64,000 nucleotides of DNA from an uncultured Gemmatimonadales bacterium (GTDB lineage: Bacteria > Gemmatimonadota > Gemmatimonadetes > Gemmatimonadales > Gemmatimonadaceae), in the NCBI GenBank assembly GCA_963851265.1, contig CAWKNZ010000005.1, positions 64,001 through 128,000 on the forward strand, written 5' to 3'. Below are positions 41,873 through 51,757 of this stretch, one piece after another. Every line of letters begins with the position of its first letter. The stretch's first letter is position 1. Under the pieces are notes generated by a model that ran no database searches, was not told the origin of the DNA, and worked only from the letters and a program-made list of their open reading frames with translations. A program made the translations under genes and the position numbers.

Positions 41873-43474
41873 TCACGCGCCGACGCCCGCCGGCGCGCGC
41901 AGCGCGCGCCCCGTCATCTCGGCAGGCTGCTCGAGCCCGAGCAGCTGCAGCACCGTCGGCGCGATGTCGCAGAGCGCGCCCGTGACGGCCCCGCTGGGGC
42001 CGCCGGGGCCGCCGGGGCCGCCGGCGAGCGGCGCGTCGCCGTCGGGGTCGACGACGACGAACGGGACGGGGTTGGTGGTGTGGGCCGTGTGCGGGCCGCC
42101 GGTCTCGGGATCGATCATCAGTTCGCAGTTGCCGTGGTCGGCGGTCACGAGGAGGCGCGTGCCCGACTGCTCCGCTGCCGCGACGATGCGCGCGAGGCAC
42201 TCGTCGACCACCTCACACGCGCGGATGGTGGCCGGGAGCGAGCCCGAGTGGCCCACCATGTCGCCGTTGGCGAGGTTGCAGAGCATGAACTCGTGCGCCC
42301 GCGACGTGATCGACTTGGTGAGCACGTCGGTCACGCCGCGCGCGCTCATCTCGGGCGCGAGGTCGTACGTCGCCACCTTCTGCGACGGCACGAGGATGCG
42401 CTCCTCGCCGGGGTACGGCGGCTCGTTGCCGCCGTTGAAAAAGTAGGTCACGTGCGGGTACTTCTCGGTCTCGGCCGTCTTGAGCATCGTACGCCCGGCG
42501 TCGCTCAGCACCTCGGCGATGATGCGCGCCATCGACTGCGGCGGGAACGCGGCGCGCACGCCGATCGCCTCCATCGTCGGGTCGTACACGGTCGTCGTCA
42601 CCACCATGAGGCGCGGCCGGCGCGACACGTCGAAGCCGTCGAACGCGGGGTCGGCGAGCGCGCGCACGATCTGCCGCATGCGGTCGCTGCGGTAATTCCA
42701 GCAGATCACCGCGTCGCCGTCGCGCATGGGTGCCACCGGCCGGCCGTCCGCGTCGACCACCGCCATCGGCAGGATGAACTCGTCGGTGGTCCCCGCGTCG
42801 TACGCCTGCCGGATCGCCTCGACCGGGTCCGTCGTCGTCGGCCCGGTGCCGTCGACGGCCGCGCGGTACGCGAGCTCGACGCGCGGCCACCGCTTGTCGC
42901 GATCCATGCCGTAGTAGCGGCCGCCTAACGACGCGACGACGGCGCGCCCGCCGGCGGCAGCCAGGGTCTCGCGCATGTACCCGAGCGCGCTCTTGGGCAG
43001 CGTGTCGCGCCCGTCGAGCATCGCGTGGATCGCCACGCGCGGCACGCCGCGCCGCGCGGCGAGGTCGATGAGCGCGAACAGGTGCCGGTCGAGCGCGTGC
43101 ACGCCGCCGGCGCCCAGCAGGCCGAGCAGGTGCAGCGTGCCGCCGTTGCCGCGCACCTGGTCGCACGCCGCGACGAAGGCCGCGTTGTCGAAGAACGTGC
43201 GGTCCTCGATCGCGGCCGTGATGCGCACCATGTCCTGCATCACCACGCGCCCGGCGCCGAGATTGAGGTGGCCGACCTCGCTGTTGCCCATCTGCCCGTC
43301 GGGGAGCCCCACGCGGCGGCCCGAGGCGTGGAGGAGGGTGCGCGCGCGCCGCCGCCACAAGGCGTCCCACGTCGGCGTGTTGGCCAGCGCGATGGCGTTC
43401 CCCTCGCGCTCGGCGCGGTACCCCCAGCCGTCGAGGACGACGAGGGCGACAGGTCGGGATCGGGGGTCGGGCAT
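41873..43474 (-). CDS. gpmI: 2,3-bisphosphoglycerate-independent phosphoglycerate mutase
   Basis: LVVLDGWG, GLPDGQMGNSEVGH, DGRDT, GRYYGMDRD, AETEKYPHVTYFFNGG, DMVGH, TADHGN, HTAHT. Confidence 0.96.
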   Translation of the reverse strand: MPDPRSRPVALVVLDGWGYRAEREGNAIALANTPTWDALWRRRARTLLHASGRRVGLPDGQMGNSEVGHLNLGAGRVVMQDMVRITAAIEDRTFFDNAAFVAACDQVRGNGGTLHLLGLLGAGGVHALDRHLFALIDLAARRGVPRVAIHAMLDGRDTLPKSALGYMRETLAAAGGRAVVASLGGRYYGMDRDKRWPRVELAYRAAVDGTGPTTTDPVEAIRQAYDAGTTDEFILPMAVVDADGRPVAPMRDGDAVICWNYRSDRMRQIVRALADPAFDGFDVSRRPRLMVVTTTVYDPTMEAIGVRAAFPPQSMARIIAEVLSDAGRTMLKTAETEKYPHVTYFFNGGNEPPYPGEERILVPSQKVATYDLAPEMSARGVTDVLTKSITSRAHEFMLCNLANGDMVGHSGSLPATIRACEVVDECLARIVAAAEQSGTRLLVTADHGNCELMIDPETGGPHTAHTTNPVPFVVVDPDGDAPLAGGPGGPGGPSGAVTGALCDIAPTVLQLLGLEQPAEMTGRALRAPAGVGA

Positions 43475-43835
43475 GATGACGTGGAGCCGGGGGCAGTGGG
43501 GACGGGCGCTCACAGATCGGCCGGCGGCTTCCGCCGCGGCGTGCGACCGCGGTGCCGCGGTGGGCGCCGGCGCACGGCCAATCTAGCCCGTCGGGGCTGA
43601 CGCGCCGACCACCAACGGCGGACTCGCGCGGTTGACCGTGCGGTCAGGCGCGGCGCGCCACTGTGGCGCTCGCGGGGGCACAATTCGAGCGCCGCCGGGT
43701 GCTAACTTCGTCCGCGTTCGCTCGTCGTGACCGTAGTTCGACCGTTTGCCCGCCTCGCAGCGCCCCTCCTCCGGGCCGCGCGCGCCGTACCCCGTGCGCG
43801 CTCGTGTCCGTCGCCGTCGCACAGCCGGTCCCGCC

Positions 43836-45115
43836 ATGTCGCCTCGGTTTTCCGTCGCCCGCTCCGTCGCCGCCGTCTGTTGCGCGGCCGCGGTCGCCAC
43901 CGCCCTGACCGCCGCGCCGGCCGCCGCGCACCCGACCCGCCCGCGCGCGGGCCGCGCGAGCGCGAGTCGCGCGAGTGCAGCCCGCGCGAGTGCGACTCGC
44001 GCCAGTCGGGCGGCCAGCCACGCGCACGCGGCCGCACACGCGCTCATGCGGCGCACGCCGCGCACGCGGCCCGGAACGCGAGCAGTGCCCGCGTCAGCGC
44101 GCACGCCCGCGTGCGGGGCGGGCATCCGCGCGAGCAGTCGGCGCGCGCGCGCCGGGCGGCTGCGTACGCGGAGACGGAGGCGCGCCTCGACGCCCGACTC
44201 GCGATGCCGGTCGTGCCGTTGCTCCCGGCGATCAACGTCGGGCTTCCCGCCCTCGCGACCGCGGTCGCGCCGGCGGCGACCCTGGCCGCTGTGCCTCCGG
44301 GCGACACGCTCGCGGGGCGCAGTGGCAAGCTGCGCGCGCGGTTCATCGTCGCGTCGGCGGCGATCGCGGGGGTGGCCAAGTCTCTCACGGCGTACTTCCC
44401 GTACCTTCGCCGGCTGTTGGGCGATTCGGCGACGGCCACGCCGGGCGTGTACGCGGCGTCGGTCGGCGCCGGGCGCCCGGCGTTCGCGTTCATCAACATG
44501 CTGCCGTTCAGCCGCAAGGTGGACGGCCGCGTCGGCGAGTACCGCATGGGCTACTGGCCCGGCGAAACGTCGAGCGGGGTCGGCGGGGCGTACGGCAACC
44601 CGACGGGATTCATCGAGGTCACGGCCGACAACCAGGCGACCTACGTCTCGGAGCACTTCCAGCTCGCCGACTTCCTCACGCACGACCAGCAGAACGTCTG
44701 GCCCAAGTACCTCGTGCTGCGCGAGCCGCTCCTCGACAAGCTCGAGCTCGTGCTCGACGACCTGCGTGCGCACGGCTACCGGGCCGACCGGCTGCACGTG
44801 ATGAGCGGATTCCGCACGCCGCAGTACAACCAGAGCGGCGGCGACCCGAGCGGGCGCGCCGAGCGGAGCCGGCACCAGTACGGCGACGCGGCGGACGTGT
44901 GGGTCGAGAACGGCAGCGGCGTGATGGCCGACCTCAACGGCGACGGCCGCATCGACACGCGCGATGCGGCCGTGCTGGCCGCGGCGGCGGAGCGGGTGGA
45001 GCAGGCGCACCCGGAGCTCGTCGGCGGCGTGGGGATCTACCGCGGGACCGGCGCTCACGGCCCGTTCGTGCACATCGACACCCGCGGCCAGCGCGCGCGG
45101 TGGGGCAGGGCCTGA
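43836..45115 (+). CDS. Peptidase M15A/YcbK-like Zn peptidase with EF-hand-like loop; signal peptide appears frameshifted near 44042
   Basis: SGFRTPQYN, SRHQYGDAADV, DLNGDGRID, FVHIDTRG; N-terminus MSPRF...AAAH (ATG 43836) is in a different frame. Confidence 0.82.
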
Positions 45116-46299
45116 CCGTCGCCGATCCGCCACCGCGTGAGCGGCTGACCCTCTTCGAGCTCGCCCGGCTCGAGGAAGCGCGCCGCGAGGCGGCGAGCGT
45201 TCAGGACGGGCTGCGCGCCGACGCGGGCGCGACTTCTACGGGCCGTCGCGCGGTGCCCGGGCTCGCTGCGGCCCGCCGCGGGCTGCAGTTCGCCGCGCTC
45301 GCGCTGGTGGCGGTCGGGGCGGTGATCGCGTTCAAGCCGTCGCTCGACGCGACGACCGCCTCCGTGGCGCCGCGCAGCGTGCTCCCCGCGCCGGCCCCCG
45401 TCGCCGCCGGCCCGCGCGTCGCGTCGTCCGATCCGTCGGCCGTGCCGGTGCGCGTGCCCCTGCACCCCGCGTTCGGCGTGAGCCAGGCGGTGTACCTGCG
45501 CGTCGCGATGCCGGGGCAGGTGATCGAGTACCCGGTCGCGCCCGACGGCGCCGGCGCGGGGGTGACCTACGAGTGGACGCGCGCGAGCGACCAGTCGGTC
45601 GCCACCGAGGCGCTCCCGCTGACGGGGTCGGTGGTGGTCGCGCCCGCGCAGCCGGGCGTCTACCACCTCGCGCTCGTGCACGGCGCGGCGCGGCGGCTGC
45701 TCGACGACGTCACGCTCGCCGTGCTCACCCCGTTCGCCGAGAAGCTGGGGGGCGTGTTGCACGGCTACCGCATCGGCCGCTACCCGCTCGAGGCGTTCGG
45801 CGGCGAGACGCCGTCGGGCTTCATCGAGGTGATGCCCGCGACGGCCCGCCTGCCGGTCTCGCGCCACCTGCGGCTCGAGGATTTCATCACGCACGACGGC
45901 CAGGCGCAGTGGCCGCGCTACGTCGCCGTTAAGCCGCAGCTGCTCGACAAGATCGAGCTCGTCGCCGACGAGGTCGCGCGGCTGCGCGGCGTGCGCGATC
46001 CCGTGCGCGTGGCGCTCGACGTGCACTCGGGGTTCCGCACCCCCGCGCACAACGGCGGCGTCGAAGGCGCGGCGTTCAACAGCCGGCACCAGTATGGCGA
46101 CGCGGCCGACGTGGCCATCGACGCGGACGGCGACGGGCGGTTCACGGCGATCGACGCGCAGCTGGTGCAGTCGGCGGCCGAGGTCGTCGAGCGGCAGCAC
46201 CCCGAGCTGGTCGGCGGGCTGGGGCTGTACACGAGTGTGGCGTCGCCCTACGTGCACGTGGACGTGCGGGGGACGCGCGCGCGGTGGTGGCGGCGGTAG
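45100..46299 (+). CDS. Second peptidase M15A/YcbK-like protein, membrane anchored
   Basis: TM helix, SGFRTPAHN, SRHQYGDAADV, DADGDGRF, YVHVDVRG; start uncertain (GTG 45100). Confidence 0.82.
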   Translation: MGQGLTVADPPPRERLTLFELARLEEARREAASVQDGLRADAGATSTGRRAVPGLAAARRGLQFAALALVAVGAVIAFKPSLDATTASVAPRSVLPAPAPVAAGPRVASSDPSAVPVRVPLHPAFGVSQAVYLRVAMPGQVIEYPVAPDGAGAGVTYEWTRASDQSVATEALPLTGSVVVAPAQPGVYHLALVHGAARRLLDDVTLAVLTPFAEKLGGVLHGYRIGRYPLEAFGGETPSGFIEVMPATARLPVSRHLRLEDFITHDGQAQWPRYVAVKPQLLDKIELVADEVARLRGVRDPVRVALDVHSGFRTPAHNGGVEGAAFNSRHQYGDAADVAIDADGDGRFTAIDAQLVQSAAEVVERQHPELVGGLGLYTSVASPYVHVDVRGTRARWWRR

Positions 46300-46350
46300 G
46301 CGCGTCGCGTTAGGCGAATCGCGCTGCGCGCGACCGGGGCGCGTCGTCGT

Positions 46351-48840
46351 CTACGGCGCGACCTTGTTCCCGAGCAGCACCTCGCCCCCGTGCCACCCCT
46401 GGTCGTCGTGCGAGAGCGTCATCCAGAACGTCACGTCCTTGCGCCCCTGATCGCCTAACGAGCCACCGCCGCCGCGCCAGCGCAGCGGCACGCGGAACGC
46501 GACGCGGGCGCGGGCCCCCTCGTCCGACGCCTCGCCGATCGCGGGCGCGTCGGCCGAGAGCCCCCGCGTGCCTTCGAGCCAGCTGACGAAGTCGTGCGAC
46601 GCCGACCCGTCGACCGCGCGCGCCGCGAGCCGGCGCGACACCTCCGCCACGTCACGCGCGTCGAGCGACGCGACGAAGCGCTGCACCTCGGTGCGCAGCT
46701 CCGCCGACGTCGGGCGCGTGATCGGACGTGCCGGCGCGGCCGCGACGGCAGCACCCGAGCGGGGCGCGACGACGACGCGAACGACGCGCGAGAGTTCGCC
46801 CGAGGTGGCGGTGACCGCGACCGGCCCGCCCGGCGCGAGCGCGACCACCCAACCGTTGCGCAGCGCGACGCGTGCGGGGTCGGCCGACGCCCACTGTACC
46901 GTGGCGGCGACGAGGCGCGTGCCGCGCGCGTCGTTCACGCGCGCCCGGAGGCGCGCCGAATCGCCCACGGGCAGCGCGAGCGTGCCGCGCGTCGGGGCGC
47001 CGACGACCAGCAGGGCGGCGGGCGGGCCGGGCGGGCCGGCTGACGGCGGGACCGTCGAGTCGACGCCCGCGGCCGCGGCGCCCACGGCCCCGGCCGGAGC
47101 GCTAGCGGCTGCCGAGTCCGCGATCGGCGCCGCGCTGGCCGTCGGGGCGGGAAGGGCCGCCGGCGTTGCCGCCGGGGCGGTCGCGGAAGCCGGCACCGGG
47201 GCCGGAATCACGGTCGGCGCGGCCGCCGAACCCGAGTGGAGCGCGAGCCCCACGCCCGCGAGCATCGCCGCGACCACGGCGGCCGCGAGCCACGGCCAGA
47301 TTCGGCGCTCGGAATCGCGGCGCGAGATCGGCCCCTCAAGCAGCGGCGTCTCGGAGACGCCGTCTGCCACCGCGTGTGACGTGGCGCTGGAGGCCGGCGC
47401 GTACGCCGCTGCGGCTGTGTCGGGCGCGTACGCCGCCGCGCCCGGCGGTGCGGCGCCGTTTTCGCGCGATACGCCCTCGAACGCGGTGTCGGCGAGCGCC
47501 GGCGTCGGCGGCATTGCGACGACCGCCGCCGCCGCCGGGACGACCGGCACGGCTGGCAGCGGTACCGGCCCCGCGGGGGCGACCGACGCCGGCGCGAGCG
47601 ACACCGGCACGAACGTCGTCGGCGTGACCTTGGGTGGAACGAAGCTCGGCGCGGGCGCGACCGCGGGCGGCGGCGCCGGCGGCGGGACGACGTGTCCCTC
47701 CGCGGCCTGGGGCCCGCCCGCCCGCCGCTCGACCGCGACCTCGGGCTGCGGAGCCTGAACGTCGGGGGGCGGTACCTCGCGCACCCCGGGCGTGTTGGCC
47801 GCCGGGATGAGCCGGCTCAGGCGTTCGCGCAGGACCGGCGGCGAGTCGCGCGGGATGGCCGACAGTGCCTGGCTCACCGAGCGCAGGTCCGGGAAGCGCT
47901 CGCTCGGCGCCTTGGCGAGCATCACACGTACGACCGCGCCGAACGCCGGCGGCACGCCGTCGCGCCGCGCCGAGAGCACCGGCGCCTCGGAGCGCAGGTG
48001 CTGCTCCTGAATCGCGTACTGGGTGCCGTCGAACGGTACCTCGCCCGTGACGAGGTGGTAGGCCACCACGCCGAGCGCGTACTGGTCGGACGCGGGCGTG
48101 AGCGGCTCCACGCGCCACTGCTCGGGGCTCATGTAGTGCGGCGTGCCGATCGCGAACCCGGTGCGGGTCAGCTGCTCCGCCTCCGCCACCTTGGCGATGC
48201 CGAAGTCGGTCACCACCACGCCGCCCGCGCGGTCGAGCAGGATGTTGCCGGGCTTCACGTCGCGGTGCACGACGCCGTGTTCGTGCGCGTACTGGAGGGC
48301 GAGCGCGACCTGGTCGACCACGTGCGCGGCCAGGTCGGGCGCGAGCGGCCCCGCACTGCGCAGCAGCTGGTCGAGCGAGCAGCCGTCGATGTATTTCATG
48401 ACGAAGTAGCGCAGCCCCTGCGCCTCCTTCGCCCGGTACACGCGCACCACGCTCGGGTGGTCGTCGAGGTTGGCCGCGGTGCGCGCCTCCTGCAGGAAGC
48501 GCTGCGACATCGTCGGGTGGTGCGCCAGCTCGGGAAGCAGCACCTTGATCGCGACGTAGCGCGCGAGCTCGCGGTCCCACGCCAGATACACGGCCGCCAT
48601 CCCGCCGTGGCCGACCTCGCGGAGCACGTCGTACTCGCCCTGCGTGGCCATACGGAGGCGGGCCAGCAGATGGTCTTCGCCCACCTCGCCCGACGAGGTG
48701 AGTGGCGCGCCGCACGACGGACAGAAGCGCGAGCCCGCGCTCGCGACGGTGCCGCAGCGCGGGCACACGACGCTCGCCGTCGCCGCACCGCTGAACGGCG
48801 CGCCGGAGGACGGCGGAGCGGTAGGAGTCGGGTCCGACAT
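46351..48840 (-). CDS. Hanks-type Ser/Thr protein kinase: zinc ribbon, kinase, Pro/Ala linker, TM, extracellular Ig-like domain
   Basis: CPRC..CPSC; GHGGMAAVY, VAIK, HRDVKPGN, DFG, GTPHYMSPEQ; TM WPWLAAAVVAAMLAGVGL; WAS-DP-V Ig-like pattern. Confidence 0.92.
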   Translation of the reverse strand: MSDPTPTAPPSSGAPFSGAATASVVCPRCGTVASAGSRFCPSCGAPLTSSGEVGEDHLLARLRMATQGEYDVLREVGHGGMAAVYLAWDRELARYVAIKVLLPELAHHPTMSQRFLQEARTAANLDDHPSVVRVYRAKEAQGLRYFVMKYIDGCSLDQLLRSAGPLAPDLAAHVVDQVALALQYAHEHGVVHRDVKPGNILLDRAGGVVVTDFGIAKVAEAEQLTRTGFAIGTPHYMSPEQWRVEPLTPASDQYALGVVAYHLVTGEVPFDGTQYAIQEQHLRSEAPVLSARRDGVPPAFGAVVRVMLAKAPSERFPDLRSVSQALSAIPRDSPPVLRERLSRLIPAANTPGVREVPPPDVQAPQPEVAVERRAGGPQAAEGHVVPPPAPPPAVAPAPSFVPPKVTPTTFVPVSLAPASVAPAGPVPLPAVPVVPAAAAVVAMPPTPALADTAFEGVSRENGAAPPGAAAYAPDTAAAAYAPASSATSHAVADGVSETPLLEGPISRRDSERRIWPWLAAAVVAAMLAGVGLALHSGSAAAPTVIPAPVPASATAPAATPAALPAPTASAAPIADSAAASAPAGAVGAAAAGVDSTVPPSAGPPGPPAALLVVGAPTRGTLALPVGDSARLRARVNDARGTRLVAATVQWASADPARVALRNGWVVALAPGGPVAVTATSGELSRVVRVVVAPRSGAAVAAAPARPITRPTSAELRTEVQRFVASLDARDVAEVSRRLAARAVDGSASHDFVSWLEGTRGLSADAPAIGEASDEGARARVAFRVPLRWRGGGGSLGDQGRKDVTFWMTLSHDDQGWHGGEVLLGNKVAP

Positions 48841-49018
48841 GTGGGCCTCGCTGCGCGCGAGCCTGACGAGGGGGAGCCGCGGCCGATGGGATGCGCGGGC
48901 CGGGACGCTGCGGCGAAGGTGGGTAGGTGTGTGCGCTGCCGTCAAGACAGCGGCGCGAACCCGAACGGCGGCGGCACACGTATCGCCGCGTATGGCCCGC
49001 AGCGCGGCGCCGCGCGCG

Positions 49019-49048
49019 TTGTCCCCACGTGATCTCGCACTCTAGACT
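49019..49048 (+). promoter_or_regulatory. Candidate sigma70 promoter
   Basis: TTGTCC (49019-49024), 18-nt spacer, TAGACT (49043-49048) upstream of ATG 49076. Confidence 0.4.
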
Positions 49049-49075
49049 ACGCGCCCAACCCCATCGCCACTCCTC

Positions 49076-49561
49076 ATGGCCGACCACATCCGCGATCGTA
49101 TCAGCCGCAAGCTCGCCACGCTCGGCGAGGAGCGCCTCTACCAGGTGCTCGATTACGTCGAGTTCCTCGAGCTGCGCTACGGGCAGCCCGCCGCCAACCC
49201 AGTCCCGGCCAACCCCTTCCAGCGCTTCGCCGATGGCGTCGAGGACCGGTTGCGCGCCGGTGGCATTGCCGCGTCGACCGTGTCGGAGGCGATGGGGTTT
49301 CTGAACAAGGCCGTGGGCGTGCTGAACGACGTCGCCACCGCGGGCCGCACGGTCGCCACCGACCTCGCGAGCGCGGCGCAGCGCATGACCGAACCGTCAC
49401 CGGGCTCGGCGGCCGGCAGTCCGGCCGGTACGGCATCTGCTCAGGGGACGCGCACCGCCGGCTCACCTGCCGCCCCGGCGCCGCACGGCGCGACGTCCGG
49501 AGCGGCAGCCCGGCCCGCGACCGATCCGACGGACATGCCGAGCTATCCGTCGCCGTCCTGA
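49076..49561 (+). CDS. Hypothetical protein (N-terminus resembles DUF2281)
   Basis: L-EE-YQVLDYVEFL pattern, helical middle, low-complexity tail. Confidence 0.7.
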   Translation: MADHIRDRISRKLATLGEERLYQVLDYVEFLELRYGQPAANPVPANPFQRFADGVEDRLRAGGIAASTVSEAMGFLNKAVGVLNDVATAGRTVATDLASAAQRMTEPSPGSAAGSPAGTASAQGTRTAGSPAAPAPHGATSGAAARPATDPTDMPSYPSPS

Positions 49562-49583
49562 CCTCTTTTCTGGAGCTGTCCCC

Positions 49584-50048
49584 GTGCCCGCGACCCGCGC
49601 CGATTCGCTTCCGTCGTCCACCACGCGCGCTCCGCGCACGCGCACCGAGGCCAAGCGCACGCTCCTCGACACCATCCGGCAGATTCCGGCCTACCTGCGG
49701 CTGCTCGGCGGCCTGCTGCTGGACCGGCGCGTGTCGACGCTCGACAAGGCCCTCGTCGCCGGCGCGATCGCGTACGTCGTGTCGCCGCTCGACCTCATCC
49801 CCGACTTCATCCCGTTCATCGGTGAAGTGGATGACGTGTTCGTCATGATGCTGGCGCTGCAGCGGCTGGTGTCGCATGCGGGGCACGACGTGCTGCTCGA
49901 CCACTGGCACGGCGACCCGGACGAGCTCGAGGATCTGAACCTGAAGGAGGTCGTGAGCGCGGCGACGTTGTTCCTGCCGGGCGGCGTGCGCACGAAGCTC
50001 GTCGGCATGGTGCGGCGCGGGATGGCGCGTCCGGCCAAGCAGCGGTAG
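49584..50048 (+). CDS. YkvA/DUF1232 family membrane protein
   Basis: D-RV-K-AIAYVVSPLDLIPDFIPFIGEVDD. Confidence 0.88.
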   Translation: MPATRADSLPSSTTRAPRTRTEAKRTLLDTIRQIPAYLRLLGGLLLDRRVSTLDKALVAGAIAYVVSPLDLIPDFIPFIGEVDDVFVMMLALQRLVSHAGHDVLLDHWHGDPDELEDLNLKEVVSAATLFLPGGVRTKLVGMVRRGMARPAKQR

Positions 50049-50063
50049 ACCGCCGCGCCGGGG

Positions 50064-51717
<1,654 letters not shown>

Positions 51718-51757
51718 CGAACGCGGCGGAGTGGCGCCGCCGCTGCAGGCGGCCGCG

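Noticed and set aside
46309..46459. GTTAGGC and GCCTAAC about 145 bp apart as a possible integron attC site
   Set aside because: The order is core before inverse core (opposite to attC), there is no internal L-box palindrome, one copy is inside a kinase CDS, and no integrase is in the window. The same applies to pairs 11895/12250 and 20402/20803.
49076..50048. Toxin-antitoxin pair (DUF2281-like plus downstream ORF)
   Set aside because: The downstream gene is a YkvA/DUF1232 membrane protein, not a recognisable toxin, and the DUF2281 resemblance is weak
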